64,000 bases of DNA from Cyanophora paradoxa CCMP329. Taxonomy: Eukaryota; Plantae; Glaucophyta. Below, piece by piece: positions 1 to 11,661 of this stretch; the stretch's first letter is position 1; each line of letters begins with the position of its first letter. The notes under the pieces were generated by a model that made no database searches, was not told the DNA's origin, and was given only the letters and a program-made list of their open reading frames with translations. The stretch covers positions 310,001 to 374,000 of the forward strand of contig QPMI01000064.1 in NCBI GenBank assembly GCA_004431415.1, read 5' to 3'. The position numbers and the translations under genes are program-made.

Positions 1-175
1 CGGGGCCCGGACCGGACCGTCGGACGGACTCGGACGGGAGTCGGTCGGAGTCCGTCGGACTCCGGGACTCGGTCCTCACTGACTCCTCAGTCGGACCCCA
101 CATGTAGAGCCTCGGAGGGCCCAGACTCCAGAGGCCCCAGACTCTGAGACCGTCGGACTGTATCATATACCGGTA

Positions 176-425
176 CTGTAAACGTAGGAATCTTCGACAG
201 CGTCTTTATTTCGTCTATATTCGTCAGCCCTGCACTTTGACGAATATTTGATACTCTTGAACTGAAATTTTGTATGGAGAGGGGTACTAATTATAATATA
301 ACGGCTGACCCTTCTATGGCGGAGTCGCGGGGCTGACGAAAATTTGATGCCGTCGAACCATATTTTCGTCACGATTTTCGAGTTTTGTCGAAATTAAGTC
401 TCGACGAACATTTCTACGTTTACAG
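176..425. mobile_element. MITE, Tc1/mariner (pogo-like), 250 bp
   Basis: TIR CTGTAAACGTAG (176-187) / CTACGTTTACAG (414-425), extending imperfectly to ~35 bp; TA on both sides (174-175, 426-427); AT-rich interior. Confidence 0.8.
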
Positions 426-677
426 TACTACTAGGCTAGTAGGTAGTACGAGCTTATACTCACTGAGTCAGCAGGCTATGATACGTATACGCCGTCACGA
501 TGGTCACGGCCGCGGTGCACATCTAGATCTACCGGTAGATCTGCGCGCGGCGGACGTCGACTCGGGAGCTCGATCGAGCCTGGCGAGCTGGAGTGCCACC
601 GTGGCACGGTGGAGCGGCAGCACGCCGGCAGTACGCCAGCAACGTGTACGTTCAAACGGTTTACGAACAAAAGTCTC

Positions 678-1577
678 ATGGAGAGCGCCGGCCTTCCCCC
701 GTTTTCGAGCGCGAGCAACAGCGCTAGCCGCTGCGAGACGCCCTCCGCGTCGGACAGTGATCCCGAGCTCTTCCCGTTCGAATTCGGCCGATCACTTCAC
801 AGCAAGCCTACCTCCAGCGCCCCTCCGCTGATGCGCTTGTTCAGGGCGCTGAATGCTGTGGCACAAGACGAGGCGCCGGCCTCGCCCCCGTCGCCGCGGC
901 CGAGTTCGCCGCTGCGCGGGCGCCGGCGCAAGTCTAGATCTGCAGAACCAGCGGCACACTCGGCCACCTCGTCGCCATCGCCAGCCGATGTCGATGCATC
1001 TGTGCGCTGCTTCAATTTGAATATTATTATCAATTTGACACCGATGTATACGTATATATATGCTGACCGTGCGGTCGGATTTGCCACGTGCACAGGGCAC
1101 AGCGCTGGATTTTGCTGTTCACCAGGCGCTGGCTATGGCCTTGAGGGGCGAACAGCACGCGCACGCGAGCCTTGAAAGCCTTGCGAAACGAACTCGAAAT
1201 CTGCCTCGCTTCCCCACATGCCCACATGTTCACCTCCCAACTCCCCATCCCCCTGGCGGGCGCGGCGCGGATCCGCGGCCGGAGCTACAGGCGGTGCCGG
1301 CGCCCGCGCCGTATCTCTCCCTGGCGCCCATGGCCGCGCTGGAGATTGCCCCCCGCGCGCCCTGTGACCGCGACGCCAGGGCCATCTTTTGTGCGTCCGC
1401 TTTTTGAAACCTGTCTGCCAACTGTCTAGATCTTAACATTGCCTTTGGCCTGACATTTTTCTGCGCAGGGACTACAGACCCCAGCTGTTATGCCTTTTCG
1501 CAGCGATACAAGAGGCGACGCGTTCCGCTTCAAATTAATTCTAGACTTGCTGCGGCTGATCATAAGGACTACAGCTA
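678..1577 (+). CDS. Hypothetical Ser/Pro-rich protein, about 3 exons
   Basis: ATG 678 (MESAGLPPF...), GT-AG intron ~1002-1095, then GTALDFAVHQALAMAL...; last exon after the acceptor near 1468. No family recognised; end approximate. Confidence 0.4.
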
Positions 1578-1983
1578 GTATATTTAAATATGAAACTGAC
1601 GCTTTCGATTTCAGTGTACGTGCATGTATACGTACGGTAGGGGCCGAAAGGCAATGGGCTGAAATCTAGTTCTTTTACTCGATCGCGATAAGCTGCATTT
1701 TTTTCGTTTAGACTACTCTGATAGCTAACAAACTTTCGATCTGCCCAACAGGTATTTAACTGCAGTAGTGCAGTTCCTATCACAGTGTCGCATTTTCGCG
1801 ATCGTTATTATTACGTCTTCTTTGCGTGTATCATAATATTGTAAATTATCGCGCATGAGCAGCGTCTGGATGCCGCCCCCCGGGACCGAAAGACCGCCGC
1901 CCCCCACCCAAGGGTCGCTTCGTGCAATCGTTCAGATGTAAACCCTAACGAACAGACCGCTCTCTTGCGGTTGGGCGGCCGGG

Positions 1984-4670
1984 CTAGGTCCCGCCCTTCA
2001 AGACCTCGACAGTCAGGTCCGTCACCGTCGTCCCGAAAGTCTGCGGGGTACCGGAATTACGGGGGAAGGGGGTACGGAGCTCGGCGAGGGAGGTCGGCGG
2101 GGCGGGCCCTGCGGAGGTGGTGGAGCGCGAGGGACTCGGACGCCTCCGGGCCGAGGCGGGCGCAGACGGACCCCACCAGGCGGCCCGGCGACAGGTGCCA
2201 GAAGTGTGCCTGCCCCACGTCCTGTACCCCCGGCACCCGCGCCGCCTGGGAGGGGGGGGAGGGGTGAGAGGAGGGGGGCGGTGTGGGAGAGGGGACGCGC
2301 CTCGTGCATGCAGAGGTCGATGCTGGCGCGGGCCGTGGCGGGGGTGCGCTGGAGAAGGATGTGGCCGGTCCGGGAGAACGGTCCCCAGCCGTGCTGGAGG
2401 GGTACGGGTCGCGGACGCGGGAGAGGGGGGGGGCAAGCGGCGGCGGGGTACCTGGACAATAAGGAGGGCCTCCACGGCCGAGACGACGGGGCGGGAGTAC
2501 ACGTGCAGGTGCCTGTCCGGAGGGGGTACAGGGTACGGAATTAAAAACGCGGGGGTTGTTATAAAAAAAGGGACGCACTCCCAGTGGGGGGTAAGGGCGA
2601 CGAGGATGAAGAAAAAGGCATCGAAGGCGTTGAAGAAGAGGTGGAGGAAGACGACCTGGGGGGGCGGGATGGAGAGGGGTACGGGATCCGACGTCAGGGG
2701 GTACGCGAATCGGATAGGGGCGGGGGGGGGGGGGGGGGGGGGGGCAGGCGCCTGGAGGTTCTCGTCGCGGCCCCTCCTCAGCTCTGCGAGCGCGGGGGGC
2801 GGGGGGCGGGGGGCGGGGGGCGTCAGCTCTGCTCAAGAAAAGGCCGCAGCGCAGGCGTCTGATGGGCGGAGGGGCCAACCAGCAATGCTAAGCTCCCGCT
2901 GGGCTCTCTAAGCTTTCTAAGCCGTCAGTCCTGCTGAGTCTAAGCTTACTAGTCTAATTTAACTATTCCAATCACCAATTTCCACGTCTCCGGTTTAATT
3001 TTCGAGTCTAAGCTCGAGTCTCTAGGCTCCCCGTCTCTAAGCCGGGTCCGCGGCACGCCCTCGGCTCTAGGGAGCTGGCCTCCAAGCCCGGGGCGCCCGC
3101 AGGCTCGTCCGAGCCCTCCAAATCAACCCTTAGAGCGCCTCGAACTAGATGGATAAAGGAGGAGTGGAGAGGGAGTAGTATCTAAGGGGGGGGGCGGGGG
3201 GGCGCACGGGACTCGCCTAGCTTTCTAAGCCGTCAGTCCTGTTGAGTCTAAGCTTACTTGTCTAATTTAACGCTCGCTCGTCTGAGGCCTTCAAATCAAC
3301 CCTTAGAGCGCCTCTAAAGAAGACGTTCCGTTCTAAAGAGGCGGGGGGAGGGGGCGGGGCGGGGGGGGCGGGGGGCGCACGGGTCTCGCGGGAGGCGTGG
3401 GGGTGGAAGGAGAGGAGGCCGTAGCAGTTGACGGCGAGGGAGACCACGGCGATGGAGAAGAGGCGGCCCTCGTTGCTGCCGGCCGGGCGGGCGGGGCGCG
3501 CAGGTCGGCGCGCCGGCGGGGCGGGCGGGGCGGGGCGGGGCGGGGCGGTCAGGGCCGAGCTAAGGGGCCTAACCAAGGGACAGGGCCACGCCAAGGGGGC
3601 AGGCCGGGCGGCGCGGGGCATGGGGCAGGGGCGCGGGAGGGCGCGGGAGGGCGCGGGGGCCCACCTGTGCCCGTGGGCGGACTCGCCGCCGTGGACGTGC
3701 ATGAGCGCCATCTGAACCGTGTGCACCGCCTGCGTGATCCCTGCGGGAAGCGGCGGAGGACGGGGTGAGCGGGAGGGGGGTAGAGGAAGGCGGGGGGGGT
3801 ACGGGTGACGCGCGCGGCGCACCGAAGAAGAGGAGCAGCGCGGCGTTACAGAAGCCCGCGAGGATGTCGAAGCGCTCGTACCCGTACGTGTACACCGGGT
3901 TCGGGCCCCGCCTGGGGGGTACAGGAGGGGTTCCAACGAGGCGGCGGATCGAATCGGGCGGGAGGAGAGGCGCGCCTGGAGGCGATGAGCGCGTAGAGGG
4001 CGAACGCAAACGCGCAGCTGTCGAAGAGCATTGAGGCCCCGTTGCTCACGATGGCTGCGTGGCGGTCACCGCGCCGCTCGGCCGCGCGCTTGCTGGCGCT
4101 CCCGAGGGGCGGGGCGGGCCGCACATTGCTCCCAAGTGGCGATGCCGTGTGCGAGGCTCGCCAGCGCGCACGCCGTGTTGAGCAGCGTCACTGCGGCGCG
4201 CTCGCCGTCCGCGGGGCGCGCGCTGAAGCCCCCGGGATTCGAAAGCGCACCGTTGCAGAGCTTGCGGGCGTCTCGGTCCCTGTAGATAGACAAGATGCCG
4301 TTCTTGAGCGAGCGTATCCTCCGCAGCAGGCCGCCGGATTTGCGGATCGCCTGCAAGCGCAGGATGGCGGCGGCATTCAGCTGGCGGGACAGGCGGCGGG
4401 CGCTCGGGAACAGCGCTCGCCTTCTCGTCTTGGTGCGCGTGCGAGTGGCCGTGGTCGTGCGAGCAGCCCGGCCCGTGCTTATGCCCGTGGTCGTGGTCGC
4501 CGTGGCCGCCCTCCTCGGGGTCGAGGCTCACGGACGACCATCCCGCGTCCGATTTGTTCCGCATGCCGCCCGCGCGCCCTGCCCGCCGCCACTGCGCGGA
4601 GCGAGGACGCTCAGCGGGATGCGGGGAGTTGGGAGGCGACTCTTCCGCACCTCTTTATCTCAATGACTCT
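1984..4670 (-). CDS. Cation diffusion facilitator (CDF/ZnT/MTP) zinc transporter, multi-exon
   Basis: His-rich GHGDHDHGHKHGPGCSHDHGH; signature YTYGYERFDILAGFCNAALLLFF (~3820-3895); GHILLQRTP; C-terminal domain VPGVQDVGQAHFWHLSPGRLVGSV...DLTVEVLK; stop at 1984-1986. 5' end uncertain. Confidence 0.85.
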
Positions 4671-5287
4671 CCGACGCAGGCGGGAGGTCGCCGGCTTCGA
4701 CGTTCCACTCGCTCTTTGGGGTACGCGGTGCGATCGAAAAAAAGTGAGCGCGGCCTGAAGAACACGATCTTGGAGATGGCCGGCCCGGAGCAGACACCTG
4801 CAGGCCAGGCGCATGAATCGCTTACGGAAGGGTTGAGCTGCAAGCGCGCCGTCCAGCAAGCTCGGCGTAGCCGCAGGCAAGCACCGAAGAGAACGCCCCA
4901 GAGGCTTACAACAGCGCCAGCCAGCATCAGGGTGCGGCGCGAGTGGAGACCGTGGCCCCCGAATCTCTACAGCAGCACCTGCGCCGCGCGCTGCGCGCGC
5001 GCCGCGTACGATCTCTATAGCTAGATCTCAGCCCTCGAGCTGCTGTAGCAGATATCGATAATCAGCTTGCGCGGCCTGCGGATGGCGTGGGATTGCCGTC
5101 TCGCGCTCGTGAGCCGGCATGTACGCGAGGCGCTGCAGCTGGCGTCGTGCTTCGGGGGCAGCCCATCGGGCTGTTGCGGTATACTCACCGCGACGCGCCC
5201 AAGGCGGAGCTGCAATCGTGGGCGCAGCGCGTGCAGTCGAGCGCGAGCGCCCTATGGCTCGCGGCTGGGGGCGCGCCGGAGATCGAC

Positions 5288-7450
5288 ATGAGGCGTCCGC
5301 AGCTGCAGGGCGCGCCCCGGTGCGCGTTCCACCCGTCGTCATCTGTTTTAGCACTGCTAAGCACGTGCCGGCGCCCCTGCGTTACAACAGGTGCAGGCCC
5401 TGCCAGTTGGCCCGTTAACGACAGCTGCATCGCTCGCGCCAAGCGGGCGATTTACGGCAGCAATCAGGCTGACAGCGACAGCAGCCAGTCTGAAGAAGAC
5501 AGCATCTAGCAGCCTGGCGACGACATCGACAAGCCTTACGACGACAGCATCGATATCCAGCGCCCGCTCGTTCCGGAACCCGAGGCACCCTTCGGAACGC
5601 CTCCTCTCGTTCGCCTCCTAGATGCAGGGGCTAAGCCGCTTCGTCCCCTGGCGCGGGTGCGGGCGCGGCGCCCGGCCCGCGGCCGGACCGCCCCCGCGCC
5701 GCCGAGCGATCTCCTCTCAGCGATCTCCTCGCAGATTCAGGGGTACGTAATACGTGGCGGCGCTGCTGGAGGCCCTGACCCCGGCCCGGTGGTGGCGGGC
5801 ACCCTCGAGGAGCTCAGCATCCGCCTCCAGATTCCCCCCCTCTGCTACCGCGATCCCCTTCCTCGTGCGCCCGTACCCCTCCGGCGATCCCGTACCCCTG
5901 CCCACTCCCCTTCCGATGGGCAGGAGCGCGAGGCGATCGCGGCGGGGCGGCTGACGGCCCTCCGGAGCCTCGACCTCGCCGACTGCGTCGGCTCCTCCGC
6001 CGAGCTCCTGGAAGAGGTCCGCGGCTCGAATCCCCGCGACGCCCTTCCTCACCGGCGCGGGTGCAGATCGGCGCCGGCACCCGCGGCCGGCGCTCGTTGG
6101 GCTGCGACCGTTGGACTTCTCTCGACTTCGAAGCCTCCGCGCACTCCTTCGCCTCGCCTCGACCATCGAGCGCCTGTACCCCCTCCTCGAGGTCCGCCGC
6201 GCGTCTCTGCCGCCCCCTTCCCCCCTCCCCCCCCACCCCCCCCCCCCCCACCCCCACCCCCACCCACCCCCACCCACCCACCACACCCCCACCTCCCCTC
6301 CTTGACGGGAGGACGGACGGCGCGCAGGAGCTCGAGCTCTGGCCGTGGAACTCGATCCCGGCAGCCACGGCCGCCCCGCTCTGCAGTCGCTGAGGCCGCC
6401 GCGCCTCCGTGCGGACCCCGGCTCCACGAGGCGCGCCCGGCCCCGCCTTCGACCTCGCCGTGCACGTGCGTCCCCTCAAACGTTCTCGCCGCAGTTCGCC
6501 TCGACGCGCCTCGAGAACCTCGAGCCCGCCTCCGAGAGCCACCGTCATCTCCTTGTCCCCGGCCCCCCCACCTCTCAGGCCCGGCTCTGACCCCGTGGAT
6601 GCGCGCAGGAGAGCCTCCGGTCGCCAACTCTCCCCTCCTCGGCCTGCGGTGTACCCCCCTCCCCTCCTCGGCTTGCGGTACAGCTGGGCGGGCCTGGCCC
6701 CGGCCACGAAGGTACGGTGTACCCCCCTGCCTCTCAGCGCCCCGGATCGCGCCTCATTCCCCCCTCCGCTCAGCTCCGCTCCTTGTCTCTTGGCCGGTGC
6801 GCTTCCTGCCTACCCCTTCCGCCCTCCTCCCTCCCTCCCCCCACCTTACAAGCGTACCCCGCAGGCACTCGTCGGCCTTCTGTGATTTGTACCCAAAGGC
6901 GAGAGAGTTCCTGCCGCCGGCCGAGTGCTTCGCCGTCGTACCCCGGCTGCCCGCCCTGGAGCTCCTTTCGATCCGGCTCTCCAGCTCGGACCGGCCCCCC
7001 TAAGCGCCGCCTTCTCCGCCCCTTCGCTCCGCTCCCTCTGCTCGCCGGGTCACCGCGCTGCCCGCACCGAAGCCGCCGCTGCCGCCACTCTCGTCCGGGG
7101 CGCACTGGTGGGCCCCGCTTCCCTCCCCGCCCCTCCCCCGCGCCTCCCAACCTCACTTTTACCGGCGCCCTACCACAGGACCCCCTCGAGGAGTACGATC
7201 GGGAGGCCCTGGCGGCCTGTAAAGGACGTACGCGCGCGACGCTCCCGAGGGCGTCTCCCCGGACCCCGGCCCGGCCCCCCCTGGCCTGCGCGCGGCGCTG
7301 GCGCCCCTCCCGGACATGGCGGCCCTCCCGGCCCCGCCCCGGCCCCGTCCCGCCCCGGCGGCCCCGGGGGACCTCCTGCTCGTCCGGCACTCCGACGTCC
7401 GCCCGCCCCTCGGCGCCCGCTGGCGCTTGGCCTCGGGTAGCTGACCTGTA
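5288..7450 (+). CDS. Leucine-rich-repeat-like protein, multi-exon, possibly degraded
   Basis: LTALRSLDLADCVGS, LDFSRLRSLRALL, LPALELLSIRLS, TLEELSIRL segments separated by C-rich introns; a TAG at 5507 lies in an acidic stretch. Confidence 0.5.
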
Positions 7451-7879
7451 GCTCTCGGAAGCCCTCTAGAAGATCTTCCGCGCTCTAAGAGATTCTCTGC
7501 CTCGAGGAGAAAGGGGCAGGAGATGCACGCAGGGTTGCAGGCCCAGAGTCCACTCCGGAGGAGAAGGGGGCCGGGGCCGGAAGGGGAGGGGGGGAGAGCA
7601 GCCGCCCAGGCCGCGGCTGCTGCATGGAAACCGGACACTTCCAAACGGTTGTCTTGGGTAAACCGGTCCCGAAACCTTGATCATGAACTGCACGTATATA
7701 TGTTGAAATGCATATGGTAGCGATTCCACAGGAACGCAAGCTCGGCAAGAACGAGTTGGTCGGTTCGCTGAGGTCGTCGTTCACGTTCAACGGTTCTCCG
7801 TCTACGGATCACTCGATCGCGGAGACGGGCAAGGGTGGTTCGCGCACTCTTGGCATACATATATATATATACCGCATGG

Positions 7880-8092
7880 CATTCAAGATGCTGTCATTGA
7901 TTCTACCGCCGTTCCGATGGGGCTTTGTGGAAAACAAACCTGCATGAATTCACAATTGACCGGCGCCCGCAGCACTGCGGCACGATTTATGTTGCCACAG
8001 GCATCGTCGACGGCGAGGAGACATCTCTTCAAGTCTCGGCCGTCGAAGGTGATCCCGAGGGCTTCAAATTCGAACTGCAGCCCTCGGAAGCA
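7880..8092 (+). CDS. Upstream exons of a hypothetical host gene interrupted by the element nest
   Basis: GIVDGEETSLQVSAVEGDPEGFKFELQPSEA ends at a phase-0 donor GTGAGG (8093); further exon-like sequence back to ~7520. Confidence 0.5.
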
Positions 8093-8182
8093 GTGAGGTT
8101 CCCGGTGGGGGATCCGAGCGTATTTGCAAGGGGGGAAAAGAAGACCGAAGGTCTCCCCCCCCTTGCTTCCCGTTCCCTCGCT

Positions 8183-8246
8183 TCAGGCGAAGCCTCTTTC
8201 AGGCGAAGCCTCTTTCAGGCGAAGCCTCTTTCAGGCGAAGCCTCTT
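8183..8246 (+). repeat. Four identical 16-bp units TCAGGCGAAGCCTCTT (5' termini of the rolling-circle element)
   Basis: Copies start at 8183, 8199, 8215, 8231; each begins TC and holds the hairpin AGGC-GAA-GCCT; GGCGAAGCCTC is the reverse complement of GAGGCTTCGCC near each body's 3' end. Confidence 0.95.
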
Positions 8247-9947
8247 TCTCAAACCCAAAAACCGACGATCTAAATTCCTTTTTTAACCTTTTTTTCCACT
8301 CAAGATCCCCCCTGCTTAATAATTTCCGTGTCGCACTCCCTCGAGGCAGAATTAATAATTCTGCCTCGACACGGACGCAATTGCTGCTAGTCACTCAGCC
8401 ACACGAACCCCCACAGACCTCTCTAGATCCATTTTTAGCGTCGTAGCTGCCCTAAGACGACCGCTCCCCCGTAGGCATCCCGCGAAAATCGAATTTCCCT
8501 CTGGATCAATTCCGGTACTTAACCTCCGACAAATGCAGTCCGAGTCCGAAGGTGGGACCGGTCCCGCCCGGTCCCGCGACGAAATCGCGCCAGGGACGCC
8601 CCAGAACGATACAGAATGACGCGCGAGGGCGAGCGCATCGCCGCAAGCTCGATTTCGGGCGCCGTCGACGCTCCAGTGCGAAGAGTCGGCCGAAAATTTG
8701 ATCCGGCCGGTTCCGGCCGGTCCCGCGACGCGCGCAATCCATGCGTACTGGCGCGTCCCCCCTGCTTAATAATTTCCGTGTCGCACTCCCTCGAGGCAGA
8801 ATTAATAATTCTGCCTCGACACGGACGCGATTGCTGCTAGTCACTCAGCCACACGAACCCCCACAGACCTCTCTAGATCCATTTTTAGCGTCGTAGCTGC
8901 CCTAAGACGACCGCTCCCCCGTAGGCATCCCGCGAAAATCGAATTTCCCTCTGGATCAATTCCGGTACTTAACCTCCGACAAATGCAGTCCGAGTCCGAA
9001 GGTGGGACCCGGTCCCGCCCGGTCCCGCGACGAAATCGCGCCAGGGACGCCCAGAACGATACAGAATGACGCGCGAGGGCGAGCGCATCGCCGCAAGCTC
9101 GATTTCGGGCGCCGTCGACGCTCCAGTGCGAAGAGTCGGCCGAAAATTTGATCCGGCCGGTTCCGGCCGGTCCCGCGACGCGCGCAATCCATGCGTACTG
9201 GCGCGCATAGACATAGCAGCGCCTGCGCACCCCCGAAATCCGCTTTTCGGAGCCGGAAGAGCGCAGGAAGGTACCCGACGGCAAAAATTCGATCCTAGAC
9301 AGGCCCGGAGATCTTTCCGCGCGCCCACGCCGCGGCGCATGCGCGGAACGATAGCATAAGCATTTGAGATGTAGACAAAGCATTCCGCACGCTTTACAGA
9401 TGCGCCGGACCGCGGGGACCCAGCCGACCCCGAAAATTCGATCCTTCACGGACCTGCACATCTTTCCGCGCGCCCTCGCATCCTCACGCGAGCGCATCGC
9501 TACAGTATTCAGTTGAGATCTTTTTAAAGCTTTTCGCAAGCTCTGCGGGCGCGACAGGGCACGAGAACCCAGCCGACGCAAAAATTCGATCCTGAACGGG
9601 CCTGCACATCTTTCCGCGCGCCCACGCCGCGGCGCATGCTCAGAGCTTTCCGCGCGCCCTCGCATCGTCACGCGAGCGCATCGCTACAATATGCATTTGA
9701 GATCGTTTTAAAGCTTTCCGCGAGCTCTGCGGGCGCGACAGCGCACGACAACCCAGCCGACGCCAAAAATTCGATCCTGGCCACGCCTGCACATCTTTCC
9801 GCGCGCCCTCGCCTCCGCAGCCCCGCACATCGATGCTATATGCATTCGCTGGCCAGTCGCTGAGTGCCCTATAGGCCTACTGTGACAGCCGCGAGGGCGT
9901 CCGCGAGGCTTCGCCGTACTTAGTGCTCCGCAGGAGCACGGATCTTG
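8247..9947 (+). mobile_element. Element body 1 (innermost copy in the nesting model)
   Basis: Starts TCTCAAACCCAAAA; subTIR 9905-9915, hairpin 9923-9939, ends ATCTTG at 9947. Confidence 0.85.
8306..9205 (+). repeat. Near-perfect ~450-bp tandem duplication inside body 1
   Basis: TCCCCCCTGCTTAATAATTTCC...TACTGGCGCG occurs at 8306 and again at 8756. Confidence 0.9.
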
Positions 9948-11661
9948 TCTCAAACCCAAAAACCGCCGATCCAAATTCCTTTTTTAACCTTTTTTTCCAC
10001 TCGAGATCCCCCCTGCCAAATAGTTTCCGTGTCGCACTCCCTCGAGGCAGAATTATTAATTCTGCCTCGACACGGACGCGATTGCTGCTGGTAACACAGC
10101 CACCCGAACCCCCACAAACCTCTCTAGATCCATTTTTAGCGTCCTGGCTCCCCTAAGACGACCGCTCGCCCGTGGGCGTCGCACGAAAATCGAATTTCCC
10201 TCTGGATCAATTCCGGTACTTAACCTCCGACAAATGCAGTCCGGGTCAGAAGGTGGGACCCGGTCCCGCCCGGTCCCGCGACGAAATCGCGCCAGGGACG
10301 CCCCAGAACGATACAGAACGGCGCGCGAGCGCGAGCGCATCGCCGCAAGCTCGATTTCGGGCGCCGTCGACGCTCCAGTGCAGAGAGTCGGCCGGAAATT
10401 TGATCCGGCCGGTTCCGGCCGGTCCCGCGACGCGCGCAATCGATGCGTACTGGCGCGCATAGACATACCAGGGCCTGCGCACCCCCGAAATCCGCTTTTC
10501 GGGGCCGGAACAGCGCAGGAAGGTACCCGACGGCAAAAATTCGATCCTAGACAGGCCCGGAGATCTTTCCGCGCGCCCGCGCCGCGGCGCATGCGCGGAA
10601 CGATAGCATAAGCATTTGAGATGTAGACAAAGCATTCCGCACGCTTTACAGATGCGCCGGACCGCGGGGACCCAGCCGACCCCGAAAATTCGATCCTTCA
10701 CGGACCTGCACATCTTTCCGCGCGCCCTCGCATCCTCACGCGAGCGCATCGCTACAATATTCTTTGACATCTTTTAAATGCTTTCCGGAACCTCTGTGGG
10801 CGCGACAGGGCACGAGAACGCAGTCGACGCAAAAATTCGATCCTGGACAGGCCCGGACAGCTTTCCGCGCGCCCACGCCGCGGCGCATGCACGGAACAAT
10901 AGCATAAGCATTTGAGATGTAGGCAAAGCCTTCCGCATGCTTTCCGTATGCGCCGGGCCGCGAGGACCCAGCCGACCCCGAAAATTCGATCCTGAACGGA
11001 CCTGAACATCTTTCCGCGCGCCGTCGCATCCCCTTGCATGCCCATCGCTACAGTATTCATTTGTGAGCTTTGTAAAGTCTTTCGCAAGCTCTGTGGGCGC
11101 AAAAAAGCACGAGAACCCGGCCGACGCCAAATTTGCGATCCTGCACAGCCCTGCACATATTTCCGTGCGCCCTCGCCTCCGCTGCTTTCCGCGAGCTCTG
11201 CGGGCGCGACAGCGCACGACAACCCAGCCGACGCCAAAAATTCGATCCTGGCCACGCCTGCACATCTTTCCGCGCGCCCTCGCCTCCGCAGCCCCGCACA
11301 TCGATGCTATATGCATTCGAGATTCTGTTTAAGCGATTCGCAAGCTCTGTGCACGCGCCTGGCCGCGAGAACCTCGCCCCTCCCGGGCCTCCTTCCCAAC
11401 AATATTATAAAAATAAACTCCTCTCAATCTAGATCTGCTCCACCCTTTATTTCCTCAGTACATTAATATTCGATCCTCTAGCCGGCCAGCGCTAGCTGGA
11501 CTAGCCGTCATGATCAGCCAGCCAGCTTCCAGCCAGAAAGCTGTTCGCGATCGGCCAGGCCGCTGGCCAGTCGCTGAGTGCCCTATAGGCCTACTGTGAC
11601 AGCCGCGAGGGCGTCCGCGAGGCTTCGCCGTACTTAGTGCTCCGCAGGAGCACGGATCTTG
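9948..11661 (+). mobile_element. Element body 2
   Basis: Same start and same 3' subTIR/hairpin/ATCTTG end as body 1; diverged internal ~140-150 bp repeats (core AAAATTCGATCCT). Confidence 0.85.

Noticed and set aside
1940-1948. Telobox AAACCCTAA
   Set aside because: Single copy between convergent gene ends with no supporting context.
2910-3320. Duplicated ~50-bp blocks in a CDF intron
   Set aside because: Local intronic duplication with no element hallmarks.
5507-5509. In-frame TAG in an acidic stretch suggesting stop-codon reassignment
   Set aside because: TAG ends well-supported genes here (1984, 42491, 56383, 56973); a nonsense mutation or the acceptor CTAGCAG is simpler.
8183-8246. 16-bp repeats or the larger array as a CRISPR-like locus
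   Set aside because: No spacers, no cas genes, eukaryotic context; explained as element termini.
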